Below, piece by piece: positions 1 to 12,200 of a stretch of DNA of 64,000 nt. The DNA is from Trichoplax adhaerens (lineage: Eukaryota > Animalia > Placozoa). Under the pieces are notes generated by a model. That model searched no databases. It was not told where the DNA came from and was given only the letters and a program-made list of their open reading frames with translations. The stretch's first letter is position 1, and every line of letters begins with the position of its first letter. The position numbers and the translations under genes were made by a program. The DNA lies in NCBI RefSeq assembly GCF_000150275.1, contig NW_002060948.1:2658180-2722179 (forward strand). The letters are read 5' to 3'.

Positions 1-3000
1 GCCAATCTTGATATCATATCAGCGTTTCCAGATGATGTAGCTAACAATAACAATCCGCCAAAATCACCGGACTCTTCAAGGCATTTCTCAGCCAAATCAA
101 AAGCACCATTTTTCATACATTGTTCTGCTAAGCGTTTAAATTTCTGAGGTGACTAAAAGGCAAGTTAAAATCATAGTTTTATTAACGTATGATAGAGTCG
201 TAAGAATATATAAGGTTATATTGGCAATACCTCAGCGTCTTTAGCAAACTGAAACGCTAAATTCCAGTTATCAGTACTAATGGCAAGGTCAAATCGGTGA
301 TCAGGATCCGTAGATACTTGTAATGCTGTCTTTAAAAAGCCTTGTTTTTCAAGAAAGCGCGCAACTCTTGTCTTCTGATCCTCAGGTATAGTTGGTAATA
401 CCCTATCCGCAGTGTCAAAATCTTTTCGCATAATCGCTGTCTGATATTCCATAACGGATAACGGCAACGAGTAACTAACAATATTTAAATCTTTATCACC
501 AAGGTATAACCGATTATCTTTCGGTATATAGCCAAGTAGATACATAACCCTTTAAAAATACAGTTGACATAGATTAAACTTTTTTGAAGAAAAGCATACC
601 TAATAGAAACCAGATTAACTCACCCATCCAAATGAGCAACAGTAACTATTTCTCCTCCAACGAAGTAATTTAATCTATTAACTGTAAAAGAAATTGTATT
701 CACTTCTAACAACTGGTTATTAAACAATAAAGTACATTAAAAATAAATCAGATTTCTTTACTAACCTGAATTTGTGAAAATAAAGCTGTCGCCTACCCAT
801 ATACCGGTTTTTACCACTTCTTGTACCTCAGTTAGAACCTAAACGAATAACCACAATTACTAAGATAATAATGAATATTGATTAAAGATGTCAATTGCCA
901 TACGTCGAAGGCAGCTTCGATGCCATCTTCAGTGACGCTTTCATCATTCTCGGGTGTCTGAACTACAATTTCTTGATTGTATTTTAAAACAAAGAATGAC
1001 TCCTCGGTAGCAATACAACATAATTCACCACTATCTGACCAGGAGATCTAATTTAAAACAATTTACACACATTAAAATTTAACAAGTAACACATCCTAAA
1101 AGTAATGATACAACTATCGTCCACAACGAATATTTACTCTACATAGTTACAGATAATGTATGTTATACAGTACCGTTTTCGGTACAATTTCTATTCTTCG
1201 AACTAATCTAAGTGAATCCCACTCAAAAAATGTCAAGCTCGTTGACGACTTTACTCCTAGTAAGTAACCTCCGTAAATGCCTACAATAAAATAAGTACAT
1301 AAGTTAGGGAATTCAAATCTTTAAGCGCAAACGTAAAAGAAACTCTTCCTTTAACCTTCAGCTCCATAATCTGGCTTGAACGTTTGCTTTTCTTTAAAAT
1401 TCTTAAAAATTTTAACCTTTGACGTGCCTTCGCGAATAGCATATCTACATATACATATGCAACAAGGTTAGAAACTACTTTTGCTTTTACTATTCTGATA
1501 GTAGAGTATTTTGAATCATACTGAGATGAATCGGCAGCCCAGACAAATTCATTTGCACTTCCGTAACTTTTACTTCTTAAAGCCATAGCAGTGTATATAA
1601 TATATTCTCCATCGCCGCATATAACTACAAATCTATAAACGATACTCATAGTAAGTAATGCTATAATTAATACAGTATTAAAAAGTCAATAGGTCGAACC
1701 TGCCATTAGGGTTATGCGCGATCGTTTGTGGATACAATTCACAGCTGCCCATGTCCTTAACAGAAATAGGTAATCTCTCACCATCCTTTACGTTGATATC
1801 TGTCAAAGGAGTGCAACTTGGTCAAATAAAAAAAGTCATTTTAAACACATTAAAGCTGTAATGGGAGATGATTACCGCCAAGATTCTTAACATTTGCTTG
1901 TTGCAATTCGTTATGTTTTGCCCAAACAATTTTTCCATTACTATCCATACTTAAAGCAGGATCTTCACGTCCAAGCTAAGGTATAGGACATTAAAATTTA
2001 GCAATTGTTCCAATTAAAACTAAAGAGTACAATAATTATTAAACTTTGACTACTTACTTTAACAAGAATGCTACCTTCATCATAACCAACAGCGATATTA
2101 TTGGAGCCTCGCATACAACAAATTGTCCATACCCGCTCAAGTCCATAATTTAGGGTCGTTTCTAAGCGATATGTATTGGCGTGCCATATTCGGACGGTTC
2201 CTAGTTGTGTGATTTAAGAATGAGCTATTAGGAAAAATTGTTATCTACCGGTATAACGATGGCATTATTAAAAGGCACTTAACCATCTTCAGATCCCGTT
2301 AAAATAATAGGCAATTCAGGATGAAAGGCTACAACGGAAACGTTTTGAGCATGACCATCAAGGGTCTGAACACAAGCTTTATTTTGATAATCCCAAATTT
2401 TGACAAGTCTTTTCAGGCAAAATAAAAAATAGAAGGATGTATTAAAAAAAGTTGACGATATTCACCGGCATGGATATAAATATATCTATCGGATCCACAT
2501 TAGCACTGTTGTATCGTCCATTGCCTCACCTGTCATCTGCTCCTGATACCAAATACGGTTTATCTCCGCCAGTATAATAGTCGATACAGTTAACTCCCTA
2601 TTACATCCCAATATCAATAAAACCATTAGATACAAATATATGATATAAGTGGATTCAATTCATCTTATATTACAATAGCATTTATCACATAAATTACCTT
2701 TTCGTGACCTTCCAAAGTATAATTTGGTGCCGATACGCCGAATTGCCATACCTAGCAGATTTCAACATAGAAAACCAAATTTTAAATATCTTCTTTGAAG
2801 AAAATACATGAAAGGAAGGAGCAAAATTGTACCTTTATCGTACGATCAAGTGATGCACTTGCAAACGTATTCGTATCTTTAGGGTTTAAAACAATTTGCA
2901 TAACATAATGTGAATGGCCTTCAAACGTTTGAACTAACTGCCAACTTTTTTCCCAATCCCATAATTTAATGGTCATGTCATCTATAATTGAAAGTTTAAT

Positions 3001-5968
3001 GTTTATAACCATGTAACACGTAGCACTATATCAATGCAATAATATCACAATCAAATTTTCGTAATTTACAACTTACCACTACTAGTTAAAACGTATGCTT
3101 GCATAGGATGGACGATAATCGATCGAATATAATCTGAATGTGCTTCGAAAGCTTTAATCTACGACAGGATATACATTACATCCATGAAGGAATTGATTTT
3201 AATTCTAAATCAATCTAATATGAGAAGTAATTTAAGCTAATAATAGTAGTGATATTCTTACCTTTTCTAAAGTATTATAATTATATACTCGCACGTTCAT
3301 ATCATCCTGTCAAATAGATTGTCAAATAATTAATTCAATAAGAATTTCAACAACCAGTTATCATAGAACTAAAAACTAGCCAGCTTTGTAGTCAATGGCA
3401 TTAACTAACCGCTCCAGTTATTATCCAGCTTTTACGAACACAAAATTTTGCAGCTCGTACTATGAATAGTGGATTCAATGCAATTAAAAAAATGGTAGAT
3501 AATCGATCGATTTATCATGTTTTGCTATTGCAAATTAATTACTTACCAGGCAGATCGGTAACCTCAAAGGTCTTGACAAGCGTTTGAGTATCGTAATTCC
3601 AGACATGAATATTTCCATTGTATAAACTTGCCAACATCCACGGCTCATGAGTATGCAAATCTACGCATTTGACACGGTCAGACCGCGCAGATAGCTTTCT
3701 CTATAAATTTATTTAAAGGGATCGATTATATACGTACATTTAAATAATATATTTAGCTTAAAATTTGCAAAGTTACTAGAAGTATTCTATAGCTAAAATA
3801 TTTTTACAAACAGTAAAATATATTCTCAGGAGATGAGATGTTAATTTATAGGTATAATAAAGGCACTTGATTTGTACGCACCTTGACGTCTAACCGCAGC
3901 GGCTAGTAGATAAATAGTAAGAAAAAGATTAGCTCAGAAAATAATAAAAGACATCCTAAAGACTACAATTTCCAAGATAACGTATCCGAAAAATTAAATC
4001 TCTCCATATTATATTAATCCATGCTCAATTCCAAGGAAGCCATCAAAAATTAAAATAGGTACAACTATTACACCATGTACTTTCTGGAACAAAGTGTATA
4101 CAAAATAGATATCGTGGCAAGTTATAACGTTTAAAATTTCGGTATATAAGGGATAAATACATAGGATACTGTTATTTTCTGTTACGCTATAGCGAAGTAG
4201 TTCGAATTATTGACTGAACTAGATTGATATCTCAATCATTGAATGTCCAATCCTCGATCATACTTTTTCAACTATGCTGTTCTATTGCTATCAAATGGTG
4301 TACAGATCGCGTCAACTTTAAAATTACAAGCCACCCATTACTACAAGGACAATCATTAACAATAAGGAGTAAAGAGTGCAAGACTATCAAGCTAAAACAT
4401 TCGATTCGTATATCTTTTAGATGCATCATTTACCAGAAAAAGATGATCCATACCCATTTAATCGTTATTTAATGATAAACATCAGCAACTAGCTTTTTGA
4501 TCAAAATTAAAACACCAGCCTAGATCTAGAATTTCTGGGTTGTAATAATGACGAAGGAATGAACAACGTTGGTCTTTAGTAGAAATTAATATCGGATTAC
4601 AGTGTATACTGAACACTTGCATAGGATATTTGTACTTAGCAACAAAGGGATCTTGACATTAGAGTGGTAATGACTATGATTGACTCTCAATACAGGGAAG
4701 AATTAGAAAGTAATGTATGAAATGACTATGGATTCCAGATTTATACGGTATAACAATTGCTCGTTACCATTTAGAATGTTGCATTGCTATCTATGAACGT
4801 ATTCTCTATGAAGTTGTAGTAGTATAAAATATATTAATACATCGAATAGATACATGTGCTAGAATAAAGTGTACCATCTGTAGTGTTATTGTTACATAAT
4901 CATCAACATCCAGCAAGCACTATCTCTAGCGATATTGACTGGCCAAGCTGATATTGAAGGTCATTACTTTCTACTCACCAATAGCATTAGAGAAAGAATA
5001 CATGTAAAAATAGTTAGGTTAAAGGATAAATAACGAGCAGGCTGTTACCACTTAAGGGTCGTCCGATATACTATTGATTTGTGCTACGTCAATTTAGTAA
5101 TGTTTGTGTCGTCAGTACTTGGTCGGCAGACTGGCATTTATGATTATAGTATACTGCTGTCTTTTAACCCTTTTCCTTTGAAGTTGTATTCAACATCTTG
5201 TTGACCTTTATATAATGACTAAACAATCTTCAAAAGAGTATTAATGCTTTCATCAACATGGTTCATTCACTGTACGTACAATATAACCTTGTCTCTACTA
5301 CTGCTACCAAGTCCATAAAATTGCAACACGCTGCGTATGTCGTATTCAGTCGATATAAAGTCCACCCTTCGTCACTATTCAATTTTTAATTTATATTAGG
5401 ATGTTTATCGTCTACTGTACATTAATTTAATGTATCCTTCCCAAGTATAACTGGTCAAAAACAATTTTACCACGTTGTTTATCATCATGTCGTAAAATTT
5501 GCAATAGAGCCATGGGGAAAGCGACTCTAAAGCATCCTACCCGTACAGGATCGTCCATACATGTAGAATCCTATCCTTTCTTCCTACGATCCAGTAGTGT
5601 ACTATTGCCTTTCATCTATTCTCACACTATAGTAATCGCTATATCGTTTAACTATGCAATTGTTAATATTTTTTAAACCTTGCATTAAAGATGAAAAACT
5701 TGTTAGCATGGATAAAGAGTACTACCATTAAGATATTGACAGGTTCAAAAATTGCTGGTACACTAAGGCATCGTATGGCCAAGTAAGTCGATTTTTTTAC
5801 GACAAGGAATGAGTAAAAAAGACTTCAATTCAATATAAATTTTTCGTTTACAACGGCGAAAAGTATACATAGTCAACAAATAGAAGTCATTATATCATGT
5901 ATTCAATGGCAGAGTCTAGAATTGGGACGATAATTAGGAAATTTCAACTATTTGATAGGACTTACCAT
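1..5968 (-). CDS. COPB2: Coatomer subunit beta' (WD40), multi-exon; 3' part runs off the window start
   Basis: Spliced minus-strand translation M|PLRLDVK|[16 protein letters not shown]...[50 protein letters not shown]...[26 protein letters not shown]...[19 protein letters not shown]...[11 protein letters not shown] matches beta'-COP. Likely start is ATG|GTAAGT at 5968-5966; an alternative ATG|GT lies at 4076-4074. Confidence 0.96.
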
Positions 5969-6055
5969 CTTTCTTCACCACCTTTCCTTTGACTTCGTGG
6001 TCGCAAAGTGTTGGTAGATGTGCGCATGTCGTTGAAACGATGCCGACATGTCATG

Positions 6056-6262
6056 TCCTACAGTACAGTACAGTACAATAGAGATCTCTACAGTAACAAG
6101 TGAAAGGCAGTCTATAGTACTGTACACTGTACACTGTGTACTGAAACATTAGGAGTTTGCAATAGTATTGTGTGTGGAACAGTTGAGCAAACGCTATACT
6201 GTATGTCTCGTACCTTGGTGTAAATACGCTACTGTCCAGTGTACAGTAGTATTAGACTACTG
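6056..6262. repeat. CAGTA/TACTG-rich palindromic repeat patch upstream of COPB2
   Basis: tacagtacagtacagtacaa, tagtactgtacactgtacactgtgtactg, cagtgtacagtag starting about 90 bp upstream of the COPB2 ATG exon. Confidence 0.8.
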
Positions 6263-7373
6263 TAGACTATCGGCTGACACGTTTGCACTACGCTTCACCA
6301 CCTAGGGCTAAAGTATTCAACCCCAGGGGGATTTTTCCATTTTAACAGCATTTACTATGGAGAGAAATCGACCCCTGTTCACCCGCTGTAAAGTGGGCAA
6401 TGGTATGTCTGTCTGTACACTACTGTCCATGCAGTTCAGGACTACTGCTAGACCTGACAGGTCTGACTACGGCATAGTAAATAAATACTTTGGCTTGAAA
6501 AAGTTAAGCGATGCCTTTCATTAAAACCGCTAAAACTGCTAAAATTAGAACTGTTCATTGATTCTTAATATCAAAAACCTCATTAAAAAAGTTGCAGATA
6601 GCCAGTACGAAATGGATTTCGTCTTACCCCATGCTTTAAGTTGTAATGGAAGTCAAAAGTAGCTAATAGTAAGCTACTACGTAGATTCGATTGTAGCAAT
6701 GCTTACGGCTGTAAATTCATAGTGAAGTGAAATATCATGCAAAAGTGGCAATTAGTGTCAATACGTTTAGATCAGACAGTTGTAAAAGTACTAGTATTAA
6801 AAGTGCCTGTAAAGACGCTACACTATAGATTCGCAATCAAGGACAATCAATTCCAAAATGTCTATCTAATAATGGAATATACTGTAGGGGATTGATTGAC
6901 GAATATAAAATGAACAATGTAGCATTTTCTTTTCCAAGCACTCTATGACGTACACAGAGGATATATCTTTGCCACCTATTCCGTCCTTTTGTTGATTCGA
7001 GGTCGGTGACGAGAGTTGGACGCAAAAATAATTCATTTCTTGATAGTGTATAGGCAATCAACGTTAATCTGAAAATCAACCTAGTATTGCTAAGACCTTC
7101 AAACAGTCGTAGGTAGTAATCTACAGCTGTAAATTATGCCTTGGATCATATATCACTTTCATAACACTCGATCGTTCATACTGTACTGTATACTGTACAG
7201 TATAGGGGTAGAATTCACTTTTTGATGCCGGTTCAGTTGAGCGAGCAAGTTTGCTAGGAATAGGAGTAATGATAGGGAATATGAATAGTGAAATTACTAC
7301 AGTAATATGAAAAGTGAAATCTTAGTAAGCAAAAGAGATATCTCGAAACGAAAGTCATAGATCTACGTAGCCT

Positions 7374-7766
7374 TTACTACTCCCTCTATTATAGGTATAC
7401 TTGTACAAGCTGGATATTTTTGATACAGACCTATTTTGACAACGACAGTCAATTCAAACTCAGTATGTTAACCCGCAGGTACTGTTATAAACTGAACTAC
7501 GAGTGTATGATGTCAATTTCCTAAAAGTTCTAATAGTCATCAATTTGTGCTATTTCTTCAGTTCATGGATTTACTACTCCCTCTATTATCGGTATACTTG
7601 TACAAGCTGGATATTTTTGATACAGAGCTATTTTGACAACGACAGTCAACTCAAACTCAGTATGTTAATCCGCAGGTACTGTATATAAACTGAACTACGA
7701 GTGTATGATGTCAATTTCCTAAAAGTTCTAGCCATCAATTTGCGTTATTTCTTCAGTTCATGGATT
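7374..7766. repeat. Tandem duplication, two ~197-bp copies
   Basis: ttactactccctctattat...ttcttcagttcatggatt begins at 7374 and again at 7571 with only scattered differences. Confidence 0.93.
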
Positions 7767-7973
7767 AAAGCATTGTCTCACACTCTTCTTCTACAGTTCT
7801 AAAGTAGATAGCGTATACTAAAGAGAGACCGGGTGGGCATTTCCAGCTTCAAATTTCTCTCCATGAGGATTTTAAATACAGTCTAAATGAATGTCCCTAG
7901 ACTGGAATATATCCGGACCAAGGTTGTCATAGTAATTTAATGTACTATCGTTCCAGTAAACTGGTATTGCACT

Positions 7974-8100
7974 CTACAGTAGTATTACTATATTGTACAG
8001 TACAGTGTACTGTACACTACGTAGTTGTAGTACTGTAAATATCCACGAGTCTAGAGTATACTGTACTGTACAACGAGCTGACTATAGTACTGTAGCATAC
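7974..8100. repeat. CAGTA/TACTG-rich patch upstream of SMG8
   Basis: tgtacagtacagtgtactgtacactacgtagttgtagtactgta...tactgtactgtac...tagtactgtag. Confidence 0.75.
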
Positions 8101-8290
8101 GGCATACAGTCCACGGTCTTATGCAGCCAAGCTATGGAATTGCACCAATTACGCATATAGCGCCTAGCTTTAGCCTTCCAAATACTGAAGTATAACTGGC
8201 CAAAATAAACACAACCACTGCATGGTGATGACAGCCAACAAGCAAACTGATATTCATATATCAAAATATCTTCGAAATTTCCTTCCAAAT

Positions 8291-9236
8291 CCCAGGTAAT
8301 CATATCACAATCTTTAGCATCAATCCTAGATTTACCGCAAAGATTTACCTCAGGTAAATCTAGGAATGAACAGTACAATCTTTACTATCAAGCCTAGATT
8401 GACCGCAGGCAATCATATCATGAACTACTAGTACAACCTTTACTATCAATCCTCGATTTACTGTAGGTAATCATATCATCAACAGTATAATCTTTAGTAT
8501 CAAGCCTAGATTGACCACAGGTAATCATATCATGAACTACTAGTACTATCTTTAGTGTCGAGCCTAGATTTAACGCAGGTAATCACATCATAAACAGTAC
8601 TATCTTTACTATCAATCCTAGATTTAACACAGGTAATCATATCATAAACAGTACAACCTTTAGTATCAAGCCTAGATTTAACGCAGGTAATCATATCATA
8701 AACAGTACAATCTTTACTATCAATCCTAGATTTAACGCAGGTAATCATATCATAAACAGTGCAATCTTTACTATCAATCCTAGATTTAACGCAGGTAATC
8801 ATATCATAAACAGTACAATCTTTAGTATCAAGCCTAGATTTAACGCAGGCAATCATATCATGAACTGCTAGTACAATCTTTACTATCAATCCTAGATTTA
8901 CTGCAGGTAATCATATCATGAACTACTAGTACTATCTTTAGTATCAAGCCTAGATTGACCACAGGTAATCATATTATGAACTACTAGTACTATCTTTAGT
9001 ATCGAGCCTAGATTTAACGCAGGTAATCATATCATAAACAGTACAATCTTTACTATCAATCCTAGATTTAACACAGGTAATCATATCATAAACAGTACAA
9101 TCTTTAGTATCAAGCCTAGATTGACCACAGGTAATCATATCATGAACTACCAGTACTATCTTTACTATCGAGCCTAGATTTAACGCAGGTAATCATATCA
9201 TAAACAGTACAATCTTTATTATCAATCTAGATTTAA
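8291..9236. repeat. Minisatellite, about 15 full units of 54 bp (or 58-bp variant) plus degenerate 5' units
   Basis: Unit caatcctagatttaacgcaggtaatcatatcataaacagtacaatctttactat; variant has gaactactagtac in place of aaacagtac. The 18-aa periodicity of the minus-strand ORF 8530-8889 confirms the 54-bp period. Confidence 0.95.
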
Positions 9237-9271
9237 TGTAAAGTACCTCGATTAATAATATTACGTAGATC

Positions 9272-12200
9272 ATGGATCCTTGTTGTGATAGGACTTTACA
9301 CAGAGACAAAGATTATTTGTAACGCTCATCTCGATCACTTTATATCCAAATTAGATACTGCAATCGATGATGTAGGCATTATTGAGGTAGTATAGGTAAT
9401 ACAATTAATTCATCTCTTGCCATTGATTTCCTATTGCAGCTCTATTTCCGATACAGATGAAATCTGTGTTGTCAGCATTATTGGTAAGACACCTCTCAAT
9501 TACTTGACCTGTGGTACATTAGCCGATGCAGTATCTGGTAGAAATGTCTTTCAGGTAAGGATATAAGTAGAACAAAATTGTATCAAACGAATAATTTACT
9601 ATTCTGTCGTGTCAAGTGTATGTATACATCACTTAGTAGAATTCATCTCTTACGGTATGATTGATAGTATACTACTAGCTACAATCACTCACATCGAAAT
9701 TATCAAGTCTAGACGTAAGATATGACTGCATATAGCAGTAAATACAAGAATAATTACAACATAGTTACAGAATACAGTGATATCTATCACCGCTATAGCA
9801 TTGCTATAATGACTATTGGTAGAGTTAAACTACCTAAAGAAATCAAAATCTCTACTAAGATGCTATAAGTGGACAAAATATTGTTGATATCAGCGATCAT
9901 CAAGGATGCTTGGACTTGATACGAATACGACTAAATGATAAGCTTTAGAACAATATGTGTATGTGAAATAGATACGTACGGACTGCGATAATCTTTGTGC
10001 TAAGATAACCTAACCTTGTAGCGGGCTACTAAATTCCTACATTCTAACGTATTCCTTTAACATTACTTCTTGTATTCTAAATTACAGCGTGAAACAATTG
10101 ACGATAATGATCAAAAACTAGAGGTATACTGTTATAATTCGATTCTTGTATATCACAATTGCCTTAACATCAAGCAATCATGTTTCTTATCTATATGCAT
10201 AAATTTAAATTTCTTTTCGCAACTTACTAATTATATTACAGTAGAACATTATAAATTGTTGGGAATAATGATCATTTCCTATTCTATTCCAATAGCACGG
10301 CTTACTATTTTACTACAACAATGAACAAAAAGTTGTTTACATAAATCAAGCATCGTTATATGATACCAAGGAATTAGCATATCTATGCCAAAAATTTAAT
10401 TCAGACTTGTCTACTTGGGTAAGATACTTAAAATTCCACTATCTATAAAATTTTAACAATACTTTAGCGATATTTTATAGCAGTTAACATTGCACTTTAT
10501 GATATAGCAGCCTTCTTATACGACAATATTTCATATTTAATGTAGAAATAGCAGCACTCTAGTATTAGAGTCGTTTTCTTATATTTTACAATTTTTAGGT
10601 ATATACTATAGTGCAGCAGGTTAATAATTAAGCGCAATTATTAGCTGTAGGAGAAAAGAATTACATACTTTGTTTATACATAATATATTACTAACGAGTA
10701 ATACTACTAAATTGATTCTTCACGCAAATCGGAATTATAGGAGCACTTTCAGAAATGGAAACGCAATGAACATAAACAGCTCCTATCACTGTTATTCATT
10801 TTCAGTATATCTCATATTATTTTGGTAAGAAATCTCTTTAACCTATTCCATGCTTGCTTTCTATTTAAAATGTAACAAAATTTAATAATAAATATAAATA
10901 CTTATGGCACGAAGATGCTAACATAATCATACGCGTATAATCAAAGCTTTAATCCACTTTATTTACTTATCTCTAGATAACTCATCCGTCTCACAAATTT
11001 GATCTTAGTTACCTAAGATTATTTAGAGGTCTAAATGCGATCAGATTACACAATCAATCTGTACTTACTCATCATTTATGCAAAATAGCGAAAGCAGCAA
11101 ATCTTAGTAGCCAATGGCGGCAGCGAGGGAGATGCTGTACACCTCGCTTGCTTTTTATTTTTCATCTGGTTAGAACGTAATTGTAATTACAGACTTATAT
11201 GAAATTAATGATAGACCGTTTTTGTAGCTTACATTGTGTTTTAATTAATTATATCAGGATATAAACATCAATAGGAGATTCCAAGACGGTAACCGGAGCA
11301 AAAACAGGGATGTTGGACAGAAAGACCAGGTAATAAGCTACTTCATGAGCGCTTCTACAAAACTTTTAAATAGAATATTTTCGAAAGAAAAATACGAAAT
11401 TTATATATTCATGGTTGCAATGTACTGTACATATTGGAATATTCTAAAATGATTAATCGTTTACTATATTAAAAGAGTCTAATCACTCAAAAGCGCCTAC
11501 AAAAGAATTTAGAGAAGCAAATTTGTAACCTTTTTAAAGAAGCATCCCTTCATGGGTCTCAAAAGTAGGAACTGATATATTAATAACTGTACAACAATAA
11601 TGTAGTGCCTTCTAAATATGCTTAAAACTATTCTCAACGTACAAATTATAGCCCTTTATTTACCATTCCAACGGATCAGCAGTTTGTCTTCGTTCAGACC
11701 GTGTCTACGTTATCATCATATCATCATACAAGCAACGCATTTCAGAAATTATTACCAAATGTACAGGATGCAACATCTCTCTTTTTCAATATCGGCTTAG
11801 CAACGACGCTCTTTCAGCACTTTTACGTGACGCAACATGATAAAGTTGATGATAATGATGTCTTAGAAAAAAACTTTGATGAAGAAAATAGTGACCTTAA
11901 AAATTTCTTAAAGTATCATATTAACCAAACTAAAGCTGGAAACGTATGCGAAGGTCAACTGGAATTTCTCGGAAGCAAGCGCAGTCACCACCATGCAACC
12001 GCAGTAAAGGTGCACCAAATGTTACTTTCAAATCTCTTTTCTATATCTCCCATTAGAATCTATACTGAAGGCATAACACACTTGCTATATTAACAGTTAC
12101 CTACCAGTAAGACATGGTTTACGGCTGCATCATATTTACAAAAGGTCTTAATAGAGGATGCATCTGGAGTTGATTCAATTAGGTACCCGATTTCTAGTTC

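Noticed and set aside
8291-9236. Regular repeat array as a CRISPR, or the 119-aa repeat ORF 8530-8889 as a protein
   Set aside because: Units are contiguous with no unique spacers, there are no cas genes and the context is eukaryotic; the ORF is open only because 54 is a multiple of 3 and it breaks at the 58-bp units
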